Of a stretch of 64,000 nt of DNA, positions 50,421-61,442 are shown one piece after another. Within the stretch, counting starts at the first letter, position 1. Each line of letters opens with the position of its first letter. The notes below the pieces were generated by a model. That model was not told the origin of the DNA, did not search any database, and was given only the letters and a program-made list of their open reading frames with translations. A program made the position numbers and the translations under genes. Location: the NCBI RefSeq assembly GCF_964213995.1, contig NW_027590122.1:1054001-1118000 (forward strand), given 5' to 3'. The DNA comes from Mustelus asterias. Taxonomy: Eukaryota.

Positions 50421-51304
50421 CACAGTGATACATGCCAGCACAAAAACTCTTCAGCAGCTGTTGCTGCTACTGTTGTCGCATGTATCATTTCAGCTGCGAC
50501 AGCAGAATGTCGCTGATTGATGCAACTATCAATTCTACTCCCATGAAGCAACGCACCCGATTAAAACCGTCCATGTGATTTCACATGAGCACTGGCTAAA
50601 CATATTTGGCACAACGCACCTGTAGGGGTTAGATAACCAGCAGGATGTTCTGCGGTTGGGGTAATTTTTCAGGAAAATTTTTAAAGGAACGGAGGTAAGG
50701 AAGCTGAGGTGGAAAAGTGGGCGGGGATGAGGGAGGGGGGGATTGGGGGAGGGGTGGGGGGGGGGGCCGGCAGGCGGGGCGGTGAGGAATTAACCTAGAG
50801 AATTCCCCAGCTCAGGAACAAGGCAATTGAAGGCATAGTTGCGGATTGAGGGGCGAAAAGAATTAGGGGCACTTTCAAAAGGCAAAAACTATAGAAACAA
50901 CAGATTGAAAAAGAACACAGGTTGGAGACGATTCCAGAGACGGTGAGAAGGGCATCCATCGAAGGATTTGATGAGAAGTAGGTGAATCGGTTTTGGTTTT
51001 ATTTATTATCTCAAGGGGTGAGGACTTCGCTCACATCCCTAATTGCCCTGAATTGAATGGATTGTTTAAAGTTTATTAATTAGTGCAACAGCTGGGCTTA
51101 CATTGACACTGCAGTGAAGTTACTGTGACAATCCCCTCGTCGCCACACCCTGGCACCTGTTCGGGTACACTGAGGGACAATTTAGCATGGTCAATGCACC
51201 TAACCAGCACATGTTTCGGACTGTAGGAGGAAACCGGAGAGTTGTTAGATCATTCCAGATGGCAAGCCTTGCTGTGCATCTGGAGTCAGACCAAGTAAGC
51301 TTGG

Positions 51305-51522
51305 TTCTATGTTATCCAGCCTCAAAACCTTGACTCCATTTTCTCTTCACAGATGCTGTCAGTCCTGCTGGGATTTTCCAGAATTTTCTGTTTTTGCTTC
51401 GAGTCTAGAGAACCCTTCGTCAGAGCTAGCGAAAGGTCATCTAGACTCGAAACGTGTGCACTATTCGCTCCCCACAGATGCTGTCAGAGCTGTGAGATTT
51501 TCTAGCATTTTCTGTTTGTGTT
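51305..51522. mobile_element. Second Penelope-like family fragments with degenerate hammerhead cores
   Basis: gagtctagagaacccttcgtcagagct...ggtcatctagactcgaaacgt...cacagatgctgtcag, the same family as 18145-18330. Confidence 0.5.
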
Positions 51523-52629
51523 GAGGAAGTTCTGCAATGTCACTCATCAATGTTTAGACGAGGTATCAAACAGCCTGCCTTGTCTGTTGGGCGTTTAATG
51601 TCCCATGGCTGATTTGAAAGGGGAGCTGTCGAGTTAGTCAAAGAGTCATAAACTTCTCCAGACCTTCGGCCCGTCTTGTCTGTGCTAGCCATCAAACATG
51701 TATCCATTCCAATCACATCTTCCAGCTCTTGGTCCATAACCTTGTAAATAAGGCGTGTCAGGTGGTCATCTAAATGCTTCTTTCATAGCTGAAAAATCCT
51801 GGGGGAATCCATTGACCAGAAACCTTTAAGAGCCAACCATATTGCTGTGTTTCTGGAGTCACATTTAGGCTCATTTCCTTCCCTAAAAGGGCATTAGTAA
51901 ACAAGATGGGTTTTGACAACAATCGACAATGGTCTCAATGGTTTTTTTATTTACTTCAAATTTCATCATCTGCCTTGTTCGGATTTGAACTTGGGTACCC
52001 GCCCGACTTAGTAACCTGGGTCCCTGAGTCGCTAATCTAGTGTCAATACCAGTGGGCTATCAACTGCCCATATCCCAGTATTGAAAACCCACAACCATCA
52101 ATGAGCGGACACATGTTGTTAGGTCAGGATGAGATCAGACATGGAGAAGAAGTCCAAAGTGATGTTCTTCCTATAAACCTTCTGTTCTACCAGGATGGAA
52201 GATTCCATCACTCAACCCCTTTTCGACATGTTTCCACCTCCCTGCAATTGACACATAATATTTACAATGTTGACATTGTAAATACTGAACGTACTCCCCT
52301 TTGAAAATCACTAACGAACCGGCTCCCCCACTCTAACTAAATGGCTCCTGAACAACCAGAAACGAGTGCAAATCATTTAAATCTGCGTGATTTTGACACC
52401 TGCCTTCCTGCCAATGCAATTATCTCTCCTTGGGTATTCCATATAAATACGAATTTGGATGGCGAATATTCTGTGTCAGCTCAGTTTCTCCAGACTCCAC
52501 ACATAATTGCAGGATGTTATCCTTACAGAGCTTTGCTCTGAAGGGTGAGACATGGATGGGTGTTGGCTGCTTCCTGAGTGATGACTTTCGTTGAGAATGG
52601 AATATATTCAAGGTGTTCATTATTCTCGA

Positions 52630-53410
52630 CACGAGTCTGTGTCCTCAGCCCCTTACTTTACTCCTCATACACCTAAGATTCTGTGGCCAAATTCCCCTCA
52701 AGCTCGATTTGCAACTTTGCTGAGACGCCACTGTAGTAGGGCGGATCTCAGACAATGATTAGACAGAGCACAGGAAAGATAGAGAGAATTTGGTGAATTG
52801 ATGCGATGCTAATAATCTCTCCCTCAGTGTCAACAAAACAAATGACCTAGTCATCGACTTCAGGAAGCGTGGTGGAAGACACGCCCTTGTCTACATCAAC
52901 GGGATGAAGTGGAAATACTCAAGAGCTTCAGGTTTCTCGGTGTCCGGATCACCAACAACCCGTCTTATCTCTCCACGCCGAGGCTGTAGTTAAAAAAAGC
53001 CCACCAACGCCTTCACTTTCTCAAGAGGCTAAGGAAATTCGGCATGTCCGCTGCGACTCTTACCAACCTTTAGAGGTGCACCATAGAAAGTATCCTTTCT
53101 GGCTCTATCACGGCTTGCTCCTGCTCTGTCCAAGATCACAAGAAACTACAAACGACCGTAAACGAAGCCCAGTTCATCACGCGAACCAGCCTCCCATCCT
53201 TTGACTCTGTCTACACTTCCCACTGCCTCGGCAAAGCAGCCAGCATGATCAAGGACCACACGCACCCAGGGCATATTCCCTTCCACCTTCTTCCGTCGAG
53301 AAGAGATGCAAAGGTCTGAGGTTACGTATCAACCGTCTCAAAAGCAGCTTCTTCCTTGCTGCTGTCAGACCTTTGAATGGACCTAACTCATATTAAGTTG
53401 ACCTTTCGCT
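52630..53410 (+). mobile_element. Rex1/Babar-type LINE fragment
   Basis: Degenerate RT C-terminal region ending cagcttcttccttgctgctgtcagacctttgaatgg, homologous to 2440-2860. Confidence 0.7.
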
Positions 53411-55500
53411 ACAACCTGCGTTGGAAATGCGTTGGGTTGCGTGGGATGGCAAGGGATATTCTGTGAGAGAGTCGATACAGATTTCATGGGCCTCATAACT
53501 GCTTCTGCACTTTAGTGATTCTATGAATCTGGTGTGCACGACCAAATCTGAAATCGAAGCAGAAAATATTGGGAATATTTAGCAGGTCAGACAACAGTTT
53601 GGAGATAGAAAGAGAGTTCCCAGTTTTTGACTGTGACCTTGCATCAGGAGAGTTAGAAATCTAATAGGCTTTGAGCAACTGAATGGGCAAAGCGGGAAGA
53701 AAATAAAGTACAAAATCTGAGATAAGGTGGAGGGTATGAGAGATTCATTTGCAAAGAATTTCATGTTCCAACTTTTTATTGTTTACTTATAGGTTTGTGC
53801 GTGTTACTGGGTCGCGAAGCATTTATTGTCCAAGGTGGCGGTGAAGTACCAACTTGAACCATTGCAGTCCATGTGGTGTAATTACACCCACCGTGATGCG
53901 AGGGAGGGAGTCCCATGATTTTGACTCAGCCACAATGAAGGAATGGTGATACATTTCCAAGCCAGGATGGTGAGAAGCTTGGAGGGGAATGTTGAATGAG
54001 ATTCAGTAATGGTAATGTGGTTGAATTTTTAAGGGCGACTGTTCGACTCTTTCTTGTTGGAGATGGTCATTGCTTGGCACTTGTGCAGCTTAAATGTTTT
54101 GTTGTGACCTGTAAGCTCAAGCCTGGATATTGTCCAGGTCTTGTTGCATTTGGACATAGAGTGCGTCGGCATCTGAGGAGTTGCGAATGATGCTAAGCAT
54201 TGTGCAGTCATAAGCAGAGATCCCCACTTCTAACCATTTGATGGTATGAAGGAAGCAATGTTTGCAAGTTTTGTTGTATTGTTCCATCCTGGGCAAATCA
54301 AAACAGCTTTGTGAGCAGGTATTTGCGCAGTTTTTATGTTTGAAACAACCGTGCATGAAATATGCGCCATGTGAAATTAACATTAAGCATGTGGCTAAAA
54401 GGATGCGCATGGACCCACTATTGTGAGCGAACGTAAGTTCACACTGCGACAATGATTATCTCAATAGCCATCGAAATAATCTGCTGCTTTCAGTTACTTA
54501 GTATTAGTGAAGAGCACACATTGTCACATTGCGTCTGACAATCAGAAACGTTTCAATACATAATCCGCATGTTTAGCAGTAAGGAATAACCTTTCGAATT
54601 CCTCAGTTTCAGAAGAAACTTGCTTTTCTTTCGTCTATTCTGGTCCTGGTCAAGATTCACAGGGTGCATCCACATTCAATGATCAGCTATCTGGCCTGAA
54701 CTCCGCGTGAGTGTCCTTCACCAACAGCTCTGTGTAATTCTGTCAGACTGGATCAGGAAGAGTCAGTCGCGCTTCTCGGTTGTTTCATTCGTCTCGCGTG
54801 TATACCTTTGCTCAATAGTGGAAGAAAAAACGGTAGCTAATCTATTTGCTTGTCAATGCTCTCAATGCCATTGCTCTCCCAATGCTCTCTGGTGGCACAA
54901 TGAACAGAACGCACTCATCAATGCAACAGAAACATCGACTCATAGAGTCGACACACAGATGCCGGTCATTCGGTCGTTCCAACGTACTGATATTATTGCC
55001 GCGGATGACCTTTCCTCCAATGTTCTTCATCCAATCCGATCAATATATTTTTAGGTTTCCTTCTCCCTCGTATGCTTAACTAGATTCCCCTTAAATGCAT
55101 CTGTGCGATTTGCCTTAGTTACTCCCTGTGGTAGCAAGTTCCACATAAGAACCTTAGAGCAATGGAATAATTACTGTGCAAATGGGGCTTGAATCCCACA
55201 AAGGCAGATGCTGAAATTTGAATTCAATAAAAATCTGAAAGCAAAGATCTAATGATGACCATGAAACCATTGTCGATTGTCGTGAAGAATAATCTGATTC
55301 ACGAATGTCGTTTTATGGAAGGAAATCTGCCTTCCTTACTTGATCTTGCTTACATGTGACGGCATATCCACGCAACAATGCGGTTGACTCTCAAGCACCA
55401 TTTGAAATGACCTAAGAAACCATTCAATTCATGGAAAATTAAGCGTGGGCATCCCATGAATGGAAAGAAAAGCAGGGAAATGGCTGCAATTCCTCTTGTG

Positions 55501-55539
55501 GGTTTTTGTACAAGTCTGGATGTGATCTATATCAGTGTG
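55501..55539 (-). other. 23-RSS of the IgH-like V
   Basis: CACACTG, a 23-nt spacer, then a perfect ACAAAAACC. Confidence 0.93.
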
Positions 55540-55844
55540 CTGCTGTGCACAGTAATACGTCGCGCTGTCTGCTATTGTTAACGTGCTGACAGAGAGATCG
55601 AATACGTTGTTGGAAAGGTCCTTGGATGCAATGAATCGTCCACCAAGCTCCTGATTGTAATCCTTGCTATTTTCATTATTGTACCAAAGCAGCCATCCCA
55701 GTCCCGTCTCAGGACTGTGCCGGTACCAGAGCATGATGAAGCTCCCAATATCAAATCCGCTGGTTTTACAGGTTAGGGTCAGGGATTGCCCTACTACCCC
55801 CGTTTCTGCCTCTGGCTGGGTCAACACCACATCCGACTGGACGC
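55540..55844 (-). CDS. Immunoglobulin heavy-chain-like V exon within the TCR delta locus (TAILV/VH-delta type)
   Basis: Encodes VQSDVVLTQPEAETGVVGQSLTLTCKTSGFDIGSFIMLWYRHSPETGLGWLLWYNNENSKDYNQELGGRFIASKDLSNNVFDLSVSTLTIADSATYYCAQQ. VLTQPEAET, CKTSGF and RFxASKDxSNN are shark VH hallmarks. Frame, acceptor and 23-RSS are intact. Confidence 0.92.
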
Positions 55845-55963
55845 CTGCTAAAGGGAAGAAACAATAATTATGGTGAGGTGAATCCAGTTTGTGTCACTGC
55901 ACAGGGAATGATTGATGTCAAACAGAAACTGTGCAAATTTTCTGATAATATCCAACTACTCAC

Positions 55964-56015
55964 AAGATAAGATGACAAGGAACACACAGAGAAATATCGC
56001 TAGCATCATGCTCAT
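55964..56015 (-). CDS. Leader exon of the IgH-like V
   Basis: Encodes MSMMLAIFLCVFLVILS plus 1 nt (52 nt), with a gtgagt donor and a 119-bp intron. It splices in frame to CVQS. Confidence 0.9.
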
Positions 56016-56686
56016 GGAGCCTGTGTTAAATTAGACACCCCGACAGAACCTCCAGTCACTCACTGAACAACGTACTAAGCTGATCGTTAGATTCTGATCG
56101 TCAGTCACAAGGATTTGTGCAATGGGCGGGGGAAGGCCTTGACAAGACAACGACTATTGGCTGCCTGGAATGGAAGACGCTGTCATCACATGATGACACC
56201 CACCTTAATACAGAATGGGCGTCAACAAATCTTCATTGTTAATTAAGTCTGCACAGACTCACTGTTACTCACGATGAATTGAACCCTATTCCTGATGTTC
56301 CCGTTAACATTACCATTTGGAATATTGTTTCACTAGGTGACCGATTTCATGTTGCTTTAGCCTCACTGTGTTAGCTGTGCACTGACATAAGCAGGGTGTC
56401 CTCCATTGTCACCCTCCTGACATCGAAAGCAAATATATTGTGTGTAAGGTCATTGGAAGCAGTGACTCTTTCTTCAGACTCCTCACTGTTGGATATTTAG
56501 CTGGTCCTGCCTCTTCCCGGTACTCTTCTGGTTCTAATATGGCCACTGGCCACTGAAGTCGAAGCAACTGGTTTTGGAGGCTAGGGGCAGGAACTACCCT
56601 GGGAGCCCCATCTCTGCCTCTGACTGCGTCAGCGATACTTCCAACTTGACATCTGTTAAAGTTAGAGAGACATCAGTCATGGTGAA

Positions 56687-56985
56687 GGGCGACACGGTAG
56701 CACATTGGTTGACACTGCTGCCGCATTACACGACAGAACAGGTTTCGATTCCAGCCTTGGCTGACTATATGGAGTTTGCACGGTCTCCCCGTGTGTGTGT
56801 AAGTTTCCTCTCGGTGCTCCGGTTCCCTCCCATAGTCCAAACATGTCTGAAGTTTTGGTGGATTGGCCATGCTCAATTACTCCTTAGTGTCCCAAGACGT
56901 TTAGATTGTTTGATTGGCGAAGTTAGGGGAAAGGGCGGGTTGTGGATCTGGGTGCAGACTTCTGCACTGTAGGGATTCTATGATG
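56687..56985 (+). mobile_element. HE1-like V-SINE
   Basis: gggcgacacggtagcacattggttgacactgctgcc...ggagtttgcacggtctccccgtgt. Confidence 0.7.
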
Positions 56986-57359
56986 ACTCCTGCCGGTTTA
57001 ACACCACTGAGTTGAGGCACAGTGGAAAACACAAACACACACACACACACGAGGCATTGGGAGAATTGTCAAGCCACTCTGCATATGGAATCCTCCAATA
57101 GACTGATTAACATTGTTGGCCATGGCCAAGAAAAGGAGGAGAAATGGAATGGATTTCATGCATGTTGTAAAGTTTGCATAAAAGGGCAGGAATCACCATC
57201 GAATATCGCAGACTGAAAAGATCCTTTACTCACCAATCTGTGTCACAGATGTGTGTGTGTGTTGAAGACACGATCATTGGTTCTATGCACTTGTGGGTTA
57301 TTAATAATCGTTTCAGAGGGAATACAACATCCCTGCATCAGGCTGTCCAGCTCTTTTAG

Positions 57360-57720
57360 ACTTTTATACGTTTCCGTGAGATGCCCTTTCATTCATCTAA
57401 ATTTCAGTGAACATAGGCCCAGTAGACTCAATCACTTCCTCATATGACAATCGTTCTCTCCCAGGAACCAGTCTGGTCAACCATTGCTGCAATCCCTCTA
57501 TGGTATGTATATCCTTTATTAGATAAGGAGACCAAACTGCATGCAATACTCCAGGTATGGTTTCTCCAAGGCCCGATACAGCTGTATGAATACATCCTTG
57601 CAATGAAGGCCAACATAGCATATGCCTTTCTAACTACTTGCTGACGCTGCATTCTTGCTTTCAGTAACTGGTGTGGGAGGACACCAATGACCCTTTGCAA
57701 CAACAATAGTATTCTTGCAA
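57360..57720 (-). mobile_element. Old CR1 fragment
   Basis: Remnants read KAYAMLAFIAR and WSPYL. Confidence 0.65.
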
Positions 57721-59482
57721 GAACAATACCAGAACTTGCAATAAATAACAATCTTTAGAACCATTAATAATGGTGCCTTCTCTATTAGCAGCAAGTGCCA
57801 AGACTTGAATCATTTCAATGTTACAAATGTTCATTTATGCAGCAAATTTGATTCCTGTCTCTAGCACCTCGAGATTCGCCGCTTCCCCTCAGCAATAGTG
57901 GCACTCAGTCGGATCACGCCAGCAATATGCTAAGGGACTAAGTGCAACAGTCTTCGTGAAAACAAAATGACTCTTGTCCTTGTGCTGAGGACCTCACACA
58001 CATTGGTTCCAGTTGTACTGTGTGCAGAGGCCGAGATGGCCGATGGACTGACACAACGTTCATTAATCCAATCCTACCCAAGCCTGGTAAATAACCTGTT
58101 TGTGTTACAATCCACATTGAAAAAAGGGTCACTGAGGTGCCTCATATCCACCTGTGCGGAACGATCAGCAGCTGTGCTTAGCTTGGATTTAAATTTATCC
58201 ACAGCAGCAGCGGGGAGCGGCATCAATTACAATGTCAATGGTCATGATGATTGTGACAAATAATTGACAGAACTCACTGCGCCGCGCACACAGACACATA
58301 CTAACACACACAGGCACACACACACACACACACACACAGAATCCTGTTTTCAATCCATGGGCATTGTACTGGGGAAAGTCAAGGCGACGCAAATCCTTGG
58401 CCGACATTGCCACTGGCCGCTGTCCACTGGATACGAAAGGCGACATTCCAATCTGCAGGCAAGAACTGTGGTTGAGGATCACCAAACACCCAGCTATTCT
58501 AGTCGAATTTCCCAGCACTTGGTCCGTAGACTTGCATGCTACGGCGTGTCGAGTGTTCACCTGAATGCTTCTTAAATGTTGTGAGGGGTCGCCGTCTCAT
58601 CAGGCAGTCAGTACCAGATTCCCACCACCCATTGGATGAAAGTGCTTTGACCCCAAATCCCCACTAAATCTGCTGCCCCCTACCTTAAATTTATGTCACC
58701 TCGTTATTGACTTCCGAACTAAGGGGAAATGTCCCTTTCTAGTCACAATATCGATATCCCTCGTAATTCTGTACACCTCAATCAGGTCCCTCCCACATCT
58801 CTGCTTTAAGGAAAACAACCCCAGCCTAACCAGCCTCCCTTCATAGCTGAAACGATCTCGCCCAGGAAACATCCTGGTGAGTCTCCTCTGCACCCTCTCT
58901 AGTGTAATCACATCCTTCGTAGCCTCTCTTCATGTCTAAAAGTCTGCGTGTATCCATCTGTTGTTCAGAGCTGATCACACTGTGCCTTCCTGCTTATTTG
59001 TATGTTCATCACCTGTAAGTTAGTTTCAAGTAAGCTAGTCACCATGTATCCATTTTGCCTGCTCGTCCAGCAGTTGATGTGGCTCCAAACTATCTAACGT
59101 CTTCGTGTCCATGTATATGTTTTGTATGTTAGTCTAGCTCTGTCTATGAATCTATCCATTTAACTATCGAGTGACCATTTATTTGTTTTCTGTTAATTCA
59201 TCCGTTCGTGTGTCTATACATCTATCTAACTGTCCGGTGACCATATTTCTGCCTTGTGTGTTAATGCATCAGTTCCTGTGTCTATCAATCTATCTTGCTA
59301 GCTGTCCAGTGACCATATATCTGTTTTATGTGTTACTGAATCAGCTGATGTGTCTAAGAATCTAATTCACATCTGTTTGCCTGTCCATCTCTGTGTTGAT
59401 GCTGCAATTCTACAACACCGACATTGGACAATGGGACTACACATCATGCCGAGACCTTCCATTGCCTGGGAGAGGAACCTGC

Positions 59483-59521
59483 AGTTTATGCAGAGACTGC
59501 TGCCCGGAATATGCCAGTGTG
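59483..59521 (-). other. 23-RSS of the four-Cys V
   Basis: CACACTG, a 23-nt spacer, then GCATAAACT. Confidence 0.85.
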
Positions 59522-59841
59522 TGTGTTTAAGACGCAGAAGTATTTCCTGGAGTCCTCAGCTGTCACGGGTGCAACTGTCAGACTGATGCTTCTGTAAGTT
59601 TTGCTCAGGGAGGAGGAAAAGCGACGCCTGGAAAATGTGGCGCTGTCGCTGAAACCGTCGGTGCAGCGGACGAGAATATACTCGGGACTCCCTCCCATGG
59701 CTGGGTGGAGAGGTTCCCGGTACCAGACCAAGCAAGCCCTCTCCACCTCTGTGTAGGAGCAGGTGATTGTCGTGGTGGCTCCCTGCTGGACCATCACTTC
59801 TGCCTCTGGCTGGTGTATGACTGCGGATGCAGCCAGGCTAC
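59522..59841 (-). CDS. TRDV: TCR delta/alpha V exon with two extra cysteines
   Basis: Encodes GSLAASAVIHQPEAEVMVQQGATTTITCSYTEVERACLVWYREPLHPAMGGSPEYILVRCTDGFSDSATFSRRRFSSSLSKTYRSISLTVAPVTAEDSRKYFCVLNT. It has a cttcag acceptor, an open frame and a 23-RSS. Confidence 0.88.
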
Positions 59842-60984
59842 CTGAAGGGTAGAGAAAATGAGAATTAAGTGGAGGTTCCAGGCACGATGTCGATTTGAAA
59901 CTGGGGAGGCGCGGGGGAGGGGGAGGATCGTGGGCCCAATGGAGGGCGGCCCCAGTTCCGCCTGTAGGCATCGTGCTGCCCTTGGAGGTAGCCAGCAGTC
60001 GCGATTTTGCCCTGTGAGTGCATCAGTACCATTGCACGAAGCTGAGCTGGAGGGCGGTGATGCGTCTCCAGCCTCTTGGTGTGCCGCCTGGCCAGAGACT
60101 TGGAGATTTAAGATCTGGCTAGGTCAATATCTGCAACATGTATCCAAAACCTAATGAGGCGTGGGATGCAATTTGAGTTGATAACAGGCCATTTTTTAAT
60201 TAGATTTCAAATTTGTTAACGCAGTAGCAGGCCATTCGGCCCATGGGCTTTTGCTGGTGTTCATTCACCCCAACCCCACTTCTTCTCACACTATGAGATG
60301 AGCCGCCTATTACTCTTTCTCTCCACCCGATAGCCCCCTGAAATACATAAACACCGTTCACGTCACATTTTCCATGTTCAAGAGTTCCACGTTCTCACCA
60401 TTCACTTAAGGAAATAAAAAGGCTTCGCCTAAATCCCACACTAACGACTCTGTGATTTATTCTGTCTTGGGATATGAGAGTCGCGAGACTGAGCCAGGAT
60501 TTCTGCCCATGCTAATTTGCCGCCCTTGAGAAGAGAGTGTGGAACTGTTTTCCTGGAGTGCTGCGTGTGCAGATGCACAAGGTACACTCAACAGTACTTT
60601 CAGAGGGAAGGTGATGTCCCCAATGGTTTTGACACAGCGACAGTCATAGAAAGGTGATTCTAGCTTCATGGATGTGTGTGGATTGGAGGGAATACTGCGG
60701 GCGATGCTCTTCGTGTCCATCAGCAGCAAATTTCCTTCCAAGTGCTGGATGTTTTGGGTCTGGAAGGTATGTCGAAGAAGTGTTTGGTGAACTGTTCATA
60801 TCTATGATAGGTTTGCCTTTTCTCACTCCTGAAGCTTTTAAACAACTATTTGTAAAATTCCAATAATTAAAAAAAATCAGTCGCCAGTAATATTGTTGTG
60901 TACTTGTCTCGTAAGATCAACATTAAATATAAGAATGTAAAATAATTTCCTGAAAGGAAATCAATGAGAATAATTCAGTTAAGT

Positions 60985-61275
60985 TGATTTATCAGTGTCA
61001 CAAGGCTTATATTAACACTGCAATTAAGTTACTGTAAAAATCCCCGAGTCGCCACACTCCAGCGCCTGTTCGGTTACATTGAGGGAGAGATCAGCACGGC
61101 CAGTGCACCTAATCAGCACATCTTTCGGACTGCAGGAGGAAACCAGAGCACCCCGAAGAAACTCATGTCGACATTGGAGAAACATGCAGACTCTGCACAG
61201 TGACCCAAGCCGGTAATCGAATCCGGGTCCCTGGCGCTGTGAGGCAGCAGTGCTAAACATTGTGTCAAAATGCCG
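60985..61275 (-). mobile_element. HE1-like V-SINE in the leader intron
   Basis: Reverse-orientation SINE head (ggcgctgtgaggcagcagtgctaa) and core. Confidence 0.7.
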
Positions 61276-61390
61276 CCAATTCAACAACTGCGAATATTGC
61301 TCTAGTTTTTCTCCAAAAAGCAACATTAAATGTGGAAGAATAAAAGTCTTTATTGCGAGGTAATCAATGAGAATCTGAAGTGTTACTCAC

Positions 61391-61442
61391 CTGAGATGAT
61401 TGCTGCTAGAATGAAAGCACTTAACTCTCGTGGGTGATCCAT
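61391..61442 (-). CDS. Leader exon of the V at 59522-59841
   Basis: Encodes MDHPRELSAFILAAIIS plus G (52 nt) with a gtgagt donor. Phase 1 joins to GT AGC CTG GCT (G-S-L-A). Confidence 0.75.

Noticed and set aside
58249-58302. D-like arrangement GATTGTG-19nt-CACTGCG-12-ACACATACT downstream of the four-Cys V
   Set aside because: The nonamer lies in a CA microsatellite and the other side has no nonamer, so chance is likely.
59522-59841. NAR-TCR V or supporting V-delta interpretation
   Set aside because: It retains a full CDR2/FR2 (so it is not NAR-like), has its own leader, and no NAR V-D-J lies upstream within the window.
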